From: Octopus sinensis | Taxonomy: Eukaryota | Direction: 5' to 3' | NCBI RefSeq assembly: GCF_006345805.1 | Contig: NC_043004.1 | Coordinates: forward strand, 86,490,001-86,554,000 | DNA length: 64,000 bases | Shown: positions 52,895-64,000 of the stretch, piece by piece | Layout of the letters: every line of letters begins with the position of its first letter | Numbering within the stretch: the stretch's first letter is position 1 | Program-made: the position numbers and the translations under genes | Notes under the pieces: generated by a model | Told to the model about the DNA's origin: nothing | Databases searched by the model: none | What the model saw: only the letters and a program-made list of their open reading frames with translations

Positions 52895-53135
52895 GGAGCT
52901 TCATGGCTTAGTGGTTAGAGTATTGGACTCATGATCATAAGATTGTGGTTTCAGTTCCTGGACCAGGCAACGCATTGTGTCCTTGTGCAAAACACTTCAT
53001 TTCATATTGCTCCAGTCCACTCAGATGGCGAAAATGAGTAACACTGTGACAGACCAGCGTCCCATCCAGGTGGGGACTATATATCCCATGGGAACCAGGA
53101 AGCCGGCCCTTGTAAGTCAGCATAACTTAAGAAGG
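52895..53135 (+). mobile_element. SINE family E (tRNA head, Meta-domain-like gtg(t/c)cttg.gcaa.acacttt motif)
   Basis: tggcttagtggttagag...gtttcagttcctggacc...tgtgtccttgtgcaaaacacttc. Related copies at 56225-56490 (+) and 12765-13080 (-). Confidence 0.65.
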
Positions 53136-53301
53136 CAGCTCTACATTTACTGTCAGCTGAGTGGATCAAAGCAACATGAAATACTTTGTTTATTGTGTGT
53201 GTGTGCATGCACACGCATGTGTTATACGTGTTCTTTTTTTTTGACTCTATGATGGCTGATGATTATCATGCAAAATCAGAAACATCGTCGTGTCTACTCA
53301 C

Positions 53302-53403
53302 AGAGAAGCGAATGCTTGAGGTATTCCATTTCCTCTTTACACAGACCTTCCAGCTGTTCCCTGCTGACACCACCACGTGATAAGGTTTTCAGGACACTGA
53401 TAT
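53302..53403 (-). CDS. NSUN7: NSUN7-like exon (DISVLKTLSRGGVSREQLEGLCKEEMEYLKHSLL)
   Basis: Matches recalled NSUN7 DTEFLKDHSQGGISVDKLHVLAQQQYEQLTHAM. Acceptor cttttcttcag, donor T|GTGAGT, phase 1-1, 102 nt. Too short for the ORF track. Confidence 0.88.
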
Positions 53404-53662
53404 CTGAAGAAAAGAAAGAAGAAATACTACTAGCCTGAAGTGGGTGAGAACAAGATGTCACCAAATGCAGTATTTGTACTTCATTTTTTCGAGCCCAATG
53501 AAATATAAAGCAGAGTTAAATGCAATGGGGTTTGAACTCAGAATATAAAGACCTGGAAGAAATACAGCAATTGTTAAAGTGTTAAACAAAATTTCTTAAT
53601 TTTCTTCTATCTTTTCACATTTTGTACACACTGTCTAACATTGTACTGATTATGCCAGTCCA

Positions 53663-53719
<57 letters not shown>

Positions 53720-53720
<1 letters not shown>

Positions 53721-53920
53721 TTTCAAATTTTACCACAAGGGCAGCAGTTTTGGAGAAGGAGATGAGTCGATTACATCGACCTCAGTGTTCAATAGGTACT
53801 TATTTTATCAACCATGTAAGGATGAAAGGCAAAGTTGACCTCAGCGGAATTTGAACTCAGAACTTAGCGACGGGTGAAATACCGCAAGACATTTCATCCA
53901 GTGTGCTAATGACTCTGCTA
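53720..53920 (-). mobile_element. SINE family B
   Basis: Consensus match. Confidence 0.8.
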
Positions 53921-53924
53921 TAGT

Positions 53925-54044
53925 AATAATGATGATGATGATGATGATGACGATGACGACGACGACGACAATAACAACAACACCACCACCAACAACAACA
54001 ACAACAATAATAATAATGAATGATAATAATAATAATAATAATAA

Positions 54045-54075
<31 letters not shown>

Positions 54076-54083
54076 AAGAAGAA
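53925..54083. repeat. Compound trinucleotide array (GAT/GAC/CAA/AAT/AAG) abutting an NSUN7 donor
   Basis: Directly visible; it ends at the GTGAGT donor (54084-54089). Confidence 0.95.
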
Positions 54084-54089
54084 ACTCAC

Positions 54090-54233
54090 CTTCGCCTTCA
54101 TTAATCACAAAATCAACTGGGCTGTTTAAAGCAGACTTACTACACTTGGCTGTCAACAAGATTATTCTAACAGCTTTAAACTTCTGATCATCTGGAGACA
54201 AATCTAAGAATGATTCTGTCAAGAGTTTTACAT
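54090..54233 (-). CDS. NSUN7: NSUN7-like exon (NVKLLTESFLDLSPDDQKFKAVRIILLTAKCSKSALNSPVDFVINEGE), motif IV region
   Basis: Matches recalled NSUN7 KVKVILLLPRCSGLGVSNPVEFILNEHE. Acceptor ctttctacag, donor G|GTGAGT, phase 1-1, 144 nt. Confidence 0.9.
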
Positions 54234-54278
54234 CTGTAGAAAGGTTAAGGTTTCAGAATATATATAAGTATATACATG

Positions 54279-54313
<35 letters not shown>

Positions 54314-54363
54314 GTATTTACATATAAGAGAACAAAATGTACGTACACCGCTATATATATATA

Positions 54364-54448
<85 letters not shown>

Positions 54449-54450
54449 AA

Positions 54451-54691
54451 TACAAAATGGGACAAGAACGCAAAACATCCAGCAGATGATACAAAAAACA
54501 TGGACGGGTCATTCAAAGTCTTTAATCTTCAGTCAAGAACCGGATCATCCTCGCAATTTCGGCTGATTAATCTTGATAATCGAAATTGCGAGGATGATCC
54601 GGTTCTTGACTGATGATTAAAGGCTTTGAATGACCCGTCCATGATTTTTGTATTATCTTTTGGATGTTTTGTGTTCTTGTCCCATTTTGTA
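54451..54691. repeat. Near-perfect ~240-bp palindrome (111-bp arms, ~19-nt spacer) between (TA)n tracts
   Basis: The arm at 54451-54561 reads as the reverse complement of 54581-54691, with few mismatches. Confidence 0.9.
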
Positions 54692-54697
54692 GTTTTA

Positions 54698-54734
<37 letters not shown>

Positions 54735-55236
54735 TATTGCGTATCTCCATTGGTGGATTATTTATAGGTCTCTGTTCATGGAATCTGTGAAGGATAGAGG
54801 TGTGGTGGCAAAACTGTGAGTGGCTGAAGAATGCTTGGGGAATGTCAGGAAGGAACGAAGAATAGTGTCATCTGCATAAGAATAGGCATTGTAGGATGTG
54901 GGGGTAAGTCATTAGGAGAGTGCAAGACAAAACCCTAATTGTTGGGTGTGTTAGAATCAATTCAAAATTAATTGAAAGAGCTCCATCAACATACATGCCG
55001 AGAGTGTGATCTGAATGGAAAGTTAGCAAACCAAGATATTATATATTTTAAAATGTCTCATAATTATTAATAACTTACAAAGTAATTAGTGAAAACTGAA
55101 AACATTTTTGGTAATTAAAATTTAAACAAAAACATTAAATGCAATTAGTATTCAATGATTAATATTTTTCATTAGTTTGGTTTTTTTTTTTTTAGTAATC
55201 AACATAAAGAGATTTTTTTTTTTTGCAAATGGATAC

Positions 55237-55441
55237 TTTTGATGTCCAGAAATTCTAGATTTTTCTGAGCAGATTTAAGATGGTTTGGGTCCACCAGGCC
55301 CCAAATACGACATTTGATGGAGCAGAGCAGACTGGCCATATGAGCTGTAGCTAGGGCTGAACCTATGTTGACATGCATCACTTCATCATCCTCTTGAATC
55401 AAAGGTGCCACAGACAGTGGCGCAATGCAACTTGACTTGTC
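55237..55441 (-). CDS. NSUN7: NSUN7-like exon (DKSSCIAPLSVAPLIQEDDEVMHVNIGSALATAHMASLL...FLDIK)
   Basis: Matches recalled human NSUN7 QDKSRSLAVHSVKALLNMDDDVLMVNTGS. Acceptor cattgtcag (phase 0), donor A|GTATCC (phase 1), 205 nt. Confidence 0.85.
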
Positions 55442-55489
55442 CTGACAATGAAACAAAATGAAAGTTATGGGGCAAAAAGATGCATAAAT

Positions 55490-55595
55490 GCATGGACACT
55501 TACACACACACACATACATATATACACATACACATCACACACATACATGACACATACAATACACACACACACACACAGAGACATACATATATATA

Positions 55596-55630
<35 letters not shown>

Positions 55631-56069
55631 TGCACAACACACACACACATACACATCAAAGACATGTGCAATACATACACATCACACATACACACACACA
55701 CATGCAAATATAGATGAATTTGCAGACACAAGATACACACACATATATATACATACACACTGCACAGAAGTACATATACACAATACACTTACGCATGCTA
55801 CTCACACACACACACAAACACATACACACACATGCAACATATAGGCACATATGCAAAATATACACACATAACATACACAACACACATGCATACAACATTC
55901 ACACACATTGTACACACACATACAAATTACGTTCATATACTTGCAAACACATAGAATAACTTTAGCCATTGTCTGCACGTGCAGAGACAAATTATATTGC
56001 AAAAACTGCACATGTTGCATGTTCACACACACACAATATGCACACACATACACACACCTATAATACTAT

Positions 56070-56106
<37 letters not shown>

Positions 56107-56110
56107 TTCA
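55490..56110. repeat. Degenerate (CA)/(TA) microsatellite tract
   Basis: Directly visible. Confidence 0.95.
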
Positions 56111-56520
56111 CAAAAGTTATATCATACACTTCCTCACAAATACTGACAGAAGATGGAACAGGGTCTGCACACACAAACACAAATGCACAATCATACCTAC
56201 ATGTACATATGCACATATGTGAAGGGCACGGCTCAGTGGTTAGAGCATTGGGCTTACAACCATGATGTTGTGAGTTCGATTCCCAGACCAGTCTGTGTGT
56301 TGTGTTCTTGAGCAAGACACTTTATTTCACATTGTTCCAGTTCACTAAGCAGTAGAAATGAGTTGCAACATCCCTGATGCCAAGCTGTGTCAAACTTTGC
56401 CTTTCCCTTGGATAACATCAGTGGCGTTGAGAGGGGAGGCTGGTATGCATTGGCGATTGCTGGTCTTCCATAAGCAACCTTTCATGACCAAAGGTGGTCT
56501 TTACCCTTCCCCTTACCTTT

Positions 56521-56553
<33 letters not shown>

Positions 56554-56582
56554 ATGCATATATATTTGTGTGTGTGTGTATA

Positions 56583-56638
<56 letters not shown>

Positions 56639-56773
56639 GTGTATGTGTATGTATGTATGTATGTATAAAGTTAGATAAAGCCAGTTTATGGAATCACCCT
56701 GGGTTTCACGTCCATAAAGGCCATGCTTATACATATTTACGGTTTTTGTTATATATGCATGTGTATATATACA

Positions 56774-56823
<50 letters not shown>

Positions 56824-56828
56824 CCTAC

Positions 56829-56896
<68 letters not shown>

Positions 56897-58399
56897 ATGC
56901 ATATATATATATATATATATATCATCATCATCATCGTTTAATGTCTGTTTTCCATGCTAGCATGGGTTGGACGGTTCGACTGGGGTCTGGGAAGCCAGGA
57001 GGCCACACCAGGCTCCAGTCTGATCTGGCAGTGTTTCTACAGCTGGGTGCCCTTCCTAACGCCAACCACTCCGTGAGTGTAGTGGGTGCTTTTTACATGC
57101 CACCGGCACAGGTGCCAGGGGAGGCTGGCAATGGCCACGCTCGGTTGGTGCTTTTCATGTGCCACCAGCATGGAAGCCAGTCAAGGCAATGCTGACATCA
57201 GCCACATACGGATGGCACATGTGCCAGGGTAGGCTGGCAATGGCCACAAACGGTTGGTGCTTTTTACATGCCAGAGAGAGAGAGAGAGAAAAAAAAAGAA
57301 AAGAAATGGAGCAACAATTAACAATGAGAAGTTGACCATTGGTATTAAATGGTCATAGATTAATTATATTCAAAATAACATTTACTGTTAACCTTATAGC
57401 AAGGCCTGTATATAAGTTAGGTAATACACCAGTAGTGCCTACAGATACATTTATTTCTTAGACGGTTGCATAACCTCTAACTCATAATCTAAACATATAA
57501 ATTTGACATGGGCGATTCTTTCTTGTCTTTGGGATTCACAGTCAAATGGCTGGGTGGAATTGCGCGAAAACTTACACAGATGTGTAGAATGATCCGGTGG
57601 TGATGCTGGGCTTTGTATGTTTTTCATAGCTCCCATGCTTACTGAGATAATCTACTATAATACTCTTGTGTTTATGAATGAGAAAGGAAGGGTTGATAGA
57701 TGAATAAGGAAGGAAGGGGTGATGTCATGCTTGGTAATGTATGCTGAAAAAATAAATCAAACAGCATTTCAACTCTGTGTGAATATGTGTGTGTATGTAA
57801 AAGGGGAGGTATGTGAATGTGTGTGTGTCTGTGTGCATGTGTGCATGCATGTGCGCAATGGAAGTGGGATGGTTCATCTTTGTTCACTTAGTATTTGGGT
57901 TTATTTTTTTGATTTGGTTGAATCTTAGTTGGTTTTTTTTTGTTGGTCAGTTATTTTTAGCGTTTTGACAGAAAAAAAGTCATTCTAAAATTGTTTTTTA
58001 ACGTAAGCATGCCCAAACAAGTCGAATGCTTACACAGAGCAGGTTTTACAACCACATCATATTTTTTAAAGACAATTCTAATCCTGCATTAATCACCTAG
58101 AAACCAAGATCTAAAGCAATGACGGCTTTCAATTTATATTTATCGTATCTAACATCTCTTGCTAGCAACACCAGACAATATCTAATGATGCAAGTAAACC
58201 CCCGTGCTCAATGATATAGACGTACTGTATGCATGTATGCATGCACACCCAAATACATGTACACACATGCAAAATGCATGCATATACATGCACAGACTTC
58301 GTGCACAAAGGAAATGGTGAACGAGGGAGGAAAAGAAAGTATAGTGTATGCATATACGCATGCACTCATGTGCAGACACACACACACATGTACAAAAGG

Positions 58400-58575
58400 G
58401 GAGGGGAGAAGAAGAAGAAGAAGAAGAAGAAGAAGAAGAAGAAGAAGAAGAAGAAGAAGAAGAAAGAGGTGGAGAAGAAATAAGAAAGATAGACACACAC
58501 ACACATACACAAAGAAAGAGGGAAGAAGAAGAAGAAGAAGAAGAAGAAGAAGAAGAAGAAGAAGGAGAAGTGAGG
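58400..58575. repeat. (GAA)n tracts
   Basis: Directly visible. Confidence 0.95.
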
Positions 58576-58885
58576 AGGAAGAGGTATATCATTGACCCAC
58601 ACCCACACAAACACATACATGGAAGAATAGCTACATCCTATACCTATTCACACAAACACACACACCTATAGGAGAATGGCTACATACCACACATAATGCT
58701 GTCTTGTACAATCACTATCACATCTTTCAACCCATATACTACAGCACACGTACACATAGTTTCTACCAAGTACACATACATGCATTATACCCCCTGTGCA
58801 CATACACACACACACACACACAAACACTCTGTTATACAAAATACACTACATTGGCACAGTATGTTGTCAATATATAGTCTCTCAA

Positions 58886-59075
58886 AGGCAGTGAGCTGGC
58901 AGAAATGTTAGCACGCCAGGTGAAATGCTTGGCAGTATTTCGTCTGTCTTTACGTTCTGATTTCAAATTCCACCAAGGTCGACTTTGCCTTTCATCCTTT
59001 TGGAGTCGATAAATTAAGTACCAGTTGCGTACTGGGGTCGATCAAATCGACTGCCCGCCCCCCCTCTCCAAACAT
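58886..59075 (+). mobile_element. SINE family B
   Basis: Consensus match. Confidence 0.85.
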
Positions 59076-59093
59076 TTCAGAGATACCACCACG

Positions 59094-59315
59094 CTGGAAA
59101 TAGCAGCCATAACTTGACTCTAAAACCACATTAAATGTTTATACAGCACCAGGAGAGAAGACACTGATGAAGGCAGAGCATTTCTTATGCAAAGCCAGAA
59201 ATCCAGGATCTGGAATTATCCAGTAATTTTTTTGCTAGTTTATTTTGTCTTCCCTCTTGGTGCTGTATAAACATTTAGTGTGGTTTTAGAGTCAAGTTAC
59301 AGCCGCTATTTCCAG
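59094..59315. repeat. Inverted repeat with ~70-bp arms enclosing a CTGATGA...GAAA motif
   Basis: Arms at 59094-59163 and 59246-59315. Confidence 0.85.
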
Positions 59316-59449
59316 TGATACCCTAAATTCCGCTATTTCTTAGATACCCTAAATTATAATTTTAATAATAATTATTACCTTTGAAGGATTTTATTCCCAT
59401 GCTGGCCACCTGATAAGATTGGTATTCAAATTAACGATATTACCTTATT

Positions 59450-59520
<71 letters not shown>

Positions 59521-60187
59521 CAAGAAAGTTGGTTTTGAATCCAACCAACTAAGGGATAATATCTATCCAATATACTGCTGGCAGAATACCCAATTATTAA
59601 TACACAAGTGTTTTTCTATTGCATTGCAATTACATTACCGAGTGTAATAAATGGGTGAGGTTAAAGAGTTATTTTACCCTTAATTTATAGAGCAATAAGA
59701 AAATGGAGGGGACCAATAGGTGGTTCATCAACTTTTAGACATTATATTATATCATTTTATTTATTTATTTACTAAAATGACAATTACAACAATATACATA
59801 CATGTATAACATATTATATTATTCATATTAGATAAAATATAAACAGAGGTATGAGAAAGTTACAAGAGGAGTTATATTGTAATTTATAAAATCAATATAT
59901 TTTAGTTATGTAAGAACGAAACTGCATATACATGAGGAACATACATATATATATACATACTCATATGTACATACATATTAGATGTGTTTAGAAGGGAGTA
60001 CTGGTATCTTTATATATTATAAATGTAAAGCAGAATGTTATACATGTATGTATATTGTTGTAATTGTCATTTTAGTAAATAAATAAATAAATTGACATAA
60101 TATAATGTCTAAAAGTTGATGAACCACCTATTGATCCCCTCCATTTTCTTATTGCTCTCCCCACCTCTCTCTCTCTCTCTCTCTCTC

Positions 60188-60236
<49 letters not shown>

Positions 60237-60391
60237 TTAAAGGTATGATTGATTACTCATTGTAACTCGTTTCATTTCAATATGAGAATCCTCATCATCC
60301 AGTTCAATAATTATTATCACTCACTACCGTGAACAACTATCAATACTGTAACCAATACCACCTTTGTCCTACCATTCATCATTATACTCTT

Positions 60392-60430
<39 letters not shown>

Positions 60431-60777
60431 AACATTACTACCAGAATGACTGTAGCACTTACCACCATGCCTTAACAAAGACCACCACTTTCACTACCAC
60501 CATCACCACCACATACCTGTAGTACTATGTTTCCATCTTTAAAGAGTTGGTGTTGCCTCAGATACATTTTAAAAGCAGGTGGGAAGACAAGAACATCGGA
60601 ACAATGACGATCTCTGGCAAATACTTTGCCTCGTTCTGTGTTGTCAGTTGTCAGTACGAAGCCCTCTTCCGAGAAGATATCTATTACTTTCTCTATACTG
60701 AAAAATAAAAAGTAAAAGAAAAAAACTATGTAATGAATGTATATTAGTATGTGTATACATGCATGTATATATATATA

Positions 60778-61160
60778 CTAGCAGTATCGCCCGGCGTTGC
60801 TCAGGTTTGTAAGGGAAGTAACTATAAAGCATTTTTAGAGAGTTATAGCCAAAAAATAGCAAAAAAATGGAAAAAAATGATGGTAAATTTTTTTTTGAGA
60901 TTTAAAAAAGGTAGAGTTGCGTCCCCTAGACAGTTTGTGGTTCGTATTCCTGATTCTCGACCCCATGTCGAATTTATCGATTTTTTTCAGAACTGGGGGA
61001 ACTTTTCAAAATTTTCGCTGCGTTAGTTTTGAATTATGACATTGGGCTATGTGTGTGTCAAGTTTCATCAGAATCGGTTGAAAGCCGTGGTCAGGGTGAG
61101 GGTACAAGCAAACAGACACACAGAAACACGCACAGACAAACTGCCGTTTATATAGAGAGA

Positions 61161-61162
<2 letters not shown>
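60778..61162 (-). mobile_element. Non-autonomous Helitron-like element
   Basis: CTAG end with adjacent GC-rich gcccggcgttgc hairpin-like motif, TC start, A|T insertion context and an acag/acac microsatellite near the 5' end. Confidence 0.65.
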
Positions 61163-61229
<67 letters not shown>

Positions 61230-61569
61230 TATATGAGTGTCCTTGTGGTTTAATTATTCAACTGTCTTGCCAATAGATAAAGAGTCAGTCTTCAACCCCC
61301 AAAAAGGTCCTTTCATTGGAATTTAGACATCAACCTGGAAGTCATGTAGATATGCATGTATTCATGTATGTATGTATATATGTGCATATGTATTTATGTA
61401 TTATGTATTCATGCATGCTTGTAATAAATATATATTTGTCTCCAAGATATACATACATACATACATACATACATACTAGGGTGAAGGGTCAATGTGTGCA
61501 ACGCATACACTGCATGCCTTACTATTGTTCCACAATAAATAATTTTTATGTAATATATAATTGATTATA

Positions 61570-61795
61570 GGGTGGCAAGCTGGCAGAATTGTTAGCACAC
61601 TGGGTGAAATGTTTAGCGGTATTTCATCTGCCGTTATGTTCTGAGTTCAAATTCCGCTGAAGTCGACTTTGCCTTTCATCCTTTCGGGGTCGATTAACTA
61701 GGTACCAGTTATGCCCTGGTGTTGATGTAATCGACTTAATCCCTTTGTTTGTCCCCTCTATGTTTAGCTCCCTGTGGATAATAAAGAAATAAATA
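61570..61795 (+). mobile_element. SINE family B
   Basis: Consensus match. Confidence 0.85.
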
Positions 61796-62215
61796 CATAA
61801 TTGATTATTGATACTTTACTGCTTGCCTTTCAGTGGTGTTGTCAACAGAAACATTGGGAAGGGAAAGCAAATTTTTTACTGCTTGTATTCCATCATAGTA
61901 AGAGCAGTGATGTTATTTTCTTTGCATTCTATTATTTTCGAGAAGGGAAACAAAAGTGAGTGCTCAAGAAAGAGAAAGCAGATATTTTACTGCTTGTTTT
62001 TCAGTCTTGTTAATCCAGTAGACAGGTTGTCAACATTTCTTTTCTCTTGAAGTGCTGATGTTTATACTGTCCTTTGCAGCAGAGATCAAAAACTTACCTA
62101 TTCAGAGGATTTTCCTGAGGCTTTCCTCATAGTCAGACAGATTTAGACAAGAAATGCACATTTAGTCAATTTATAAGTTTGTTTTTATTGCTTTCTGATA
62201 TATTTCGTATGATGA

Positions 62216-62380
62216 CAATGAGAACCCAGGTTTGAAATTTCCCGAAGACACCTGATGAAGGCTGGAGGGTTTATCAGCTGAAATGTTGTGTTAACAACAA
62301 ATAAGAATAGGACGAATATCTGTCAAATGTAAATAATGTAAATAATGTACATAATTCCTCATCTCTTAAATATAGAACTG
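62216..62380 (+). mobile_element. 5'-truncated copy of the hammerhead-bearing repeat
   Basis: aatgagaacccagg...gaaatttccc..aagacacctgatgaaggctgg...gtcaaatgt aligns with 20956-21075. Confidence 0.7.
62247..62292 (+). ncRNA. Minimal type-I hammerhead ribozyme motif, second copy
   Basis: GACAC-CTGATGA-A-GGCTG[gagggtttat]CAGCT-GAAA-TGTT-GTGTT. The CUGAUGA/GAAA core is intact; two C>T changes lie in helices II and III. Confidence 0.62.
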
Positions 62381-62759
62381 TATCCTTTCTTATCCCAAAT
62401 ATATGTTAATCAAGCCTTTCAAAACCAAATTAGAAATAATTAACAAGCATATTCTCAGCCATATCAACCTCGAAATTAGAAGCAACATGAATGTAAAATG
62501 GTAGAACTGCAGTGTTATTATTGTTAATTCATTCCATGGCATTGGAAATGAAGTAGCCAGCAAATACATCCACCTTGATATTGTGAACATTTACCCATAT
62601 ATACATTTCTTCCCTTGGAAATTTTGGATTTTGCTTGAGTTTTCAATACAATTAATAATCAAGACACAAGGTTAATACTTACTTGTAACATAGGTAAAAG
62701 ATCAGAAATCTGAAGAGGGACGTTAGATTATAACACTTCCAGTTCTTGATAAGCACCTT

Positions 62760-63140
62760 ATTTTATCAACTAAGGAAGGATGACTGACAAAGTTGGCCCA
62801 TGAAGCTGATTTCTCATATATATATGTAGTGCTGCATGTTTGCAATGCACAGGCCAGTAAAATCTTTATACTTGAACCAGGAGACCATCCTGAGGGTGTA
62901 TATTGGAAGTGAAGGGCCATTTAAAAGATGGTTTCATAATATCACCTCTTATGTCAGAGACATTGAGAAAGATGCTGCATTACTATCAAATCACATATGG
63001 TTATTAAGAGAAAAGCCTGTAAACTGTGTCATTAGCTAGAGAATTGTTGATATGTATAAGTCTTATGTGAATGGCAGCAACAATGTAACCACCGTACACC
63101 TGAAAAAAGATTAATTCTGAACAATAAAAATGTCAAATTG
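62760..63140 (+). mobile_element. Penelope-like GIY-YIG remnant
   Basis: VYIGSEGPFKRWFHNITSY...LLSNHIWLLREK...IS*RIVD matches the C-terminus of the element at 38190. Confidence 0.7.
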
Positions 63141-63149
63141 ATGGTGTTC

Positions 63150-63470
63150 AATGGTATCAGACATGATGTTTGTTCCTTCTCAAGCCATGCCTGGCTCATA
63201 AGGGCCGGTTTCCCAGTTTCCTTGGCATATAGGTTCCCCACCTGGACAGGATGCCAGTCCATCGCAGGTGAGCTGCAAGATGCAGGAGGAAAGAGTGAGA
63301 GAAAGTTGTGGCAAAAGAGTCAGCAGAAGTTTCGCCATTACCTTCTGCCAGAGCCACGTGGAGCTTAGATGTTTCGCTCATAAACACACACATCGCCCAA
63401 TCTGAGATTCGAACCTACGATCCAACCACGAGTCCGCTGCTCTAACCGCTAGGCCATGTGTCTCCACATC
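63150..63470 (-). mobile_element. SINE family C
   Basis: Reverse complement of the head and body. Confidence 0.78.
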
Positions 63471-64000
63471 AGACATGATTGTATTTACAAAACTGGTCAC
63501 AACCACCCTAAATGAGACGTATTTACTCAGATCAGAGTAACAAGAATTGAAGTAGAAAACCTTTATTTAATAATTTATTTATTTATTACTTTCCTTCAGC
63601 TCCCTAAGTTTTCTTTCATCTTTCATGTCCTTTTCTATTTTCTTCTTTTTTTTTCTATCTTACTGTTCACTTCTCCTTTCTGTGCTGAGACACGATTATA
63701 AACCTCTATATCAAAACAATTGTTCATCTTCAGCATTTATAAGTATTTCAGAAAAGGTTTTGTAATTGCAATTCAGCTAACTAAGGATCTGCGGAATGAG
63801 TTATTTTTTTATTTTGTTCACAAGTAATCTCCCCTGCATCATATTTATGATTAGGTTTCAAACTATGATAATCATAATATAATGAACATAGTGGCTACCT
63901 TTTTGGTACTTTTTGGTTATGAAGTTCATTATATAACATTTATTATTTCCGGTGTCATCTCTTTGTTTCTGTTACCACTCTATGCTCATCTAACATTGTG

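Noticed and set aside
54595-54640. CTGAnGA in the palindrome arms as a hammerhead
   Set aside because: No stable helix II, and GAAT instead of GAAA.
55448-58671. Many 70-230 aa ORFs (poly-YI, HT, E, R, S, F)
   Set aside because: They are translations of microsatellites and family D/E repeats.
62570-62640. MYIWVNVHNIK (minus strand) as the upstream NSUN7 exon (cf. LYAWINTCK)
   Set aside because: There is an in-frame TGA shortly upstream, no good acceptor and no supporting flanking similarity. The upstream NSUN7 exons were not located and may lie outside the window.

Overview
AT-rich, repeat-dense eukaryotic DNA. The SINE, MITE and Penelope repertoire points to an octopus (coleoid cephalopod) genome; this is inferred from the repeat families, not from a search. 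Two protein-coding genes are supported. (1) A plus-strand TGIF-family TALE homeobox gene: main and terminal exon 31447-32216, with a candidate upstream coding exon at 22980-23022. (2) The 3' part of a minus-strand NSUN7-type RNA m5C methyltransferase homolog: five phase-compatible exons between 55441 and 48691; its 5' exons were not located. The rest is several tRNA-derived SINE families, hAT/piggyBac/Tc1-mariner/MULE-type MITEs, two Helitron-like elements, a decayed RTE LINE, decayed Penelope-like elements and microsatellites. The two most notable observations are that the NSUN7 homolog has Arg in place of the catalytic motif-VI cysteine (YLTRS), and that a tRNA-headed repeat carries a minimal hammerhead-ribozyme motif (two copies, plus weaker hammerhead-like relics). 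Repeat coordinates are approximate and read by eye. Family names are recalled from memory, not from database hits.
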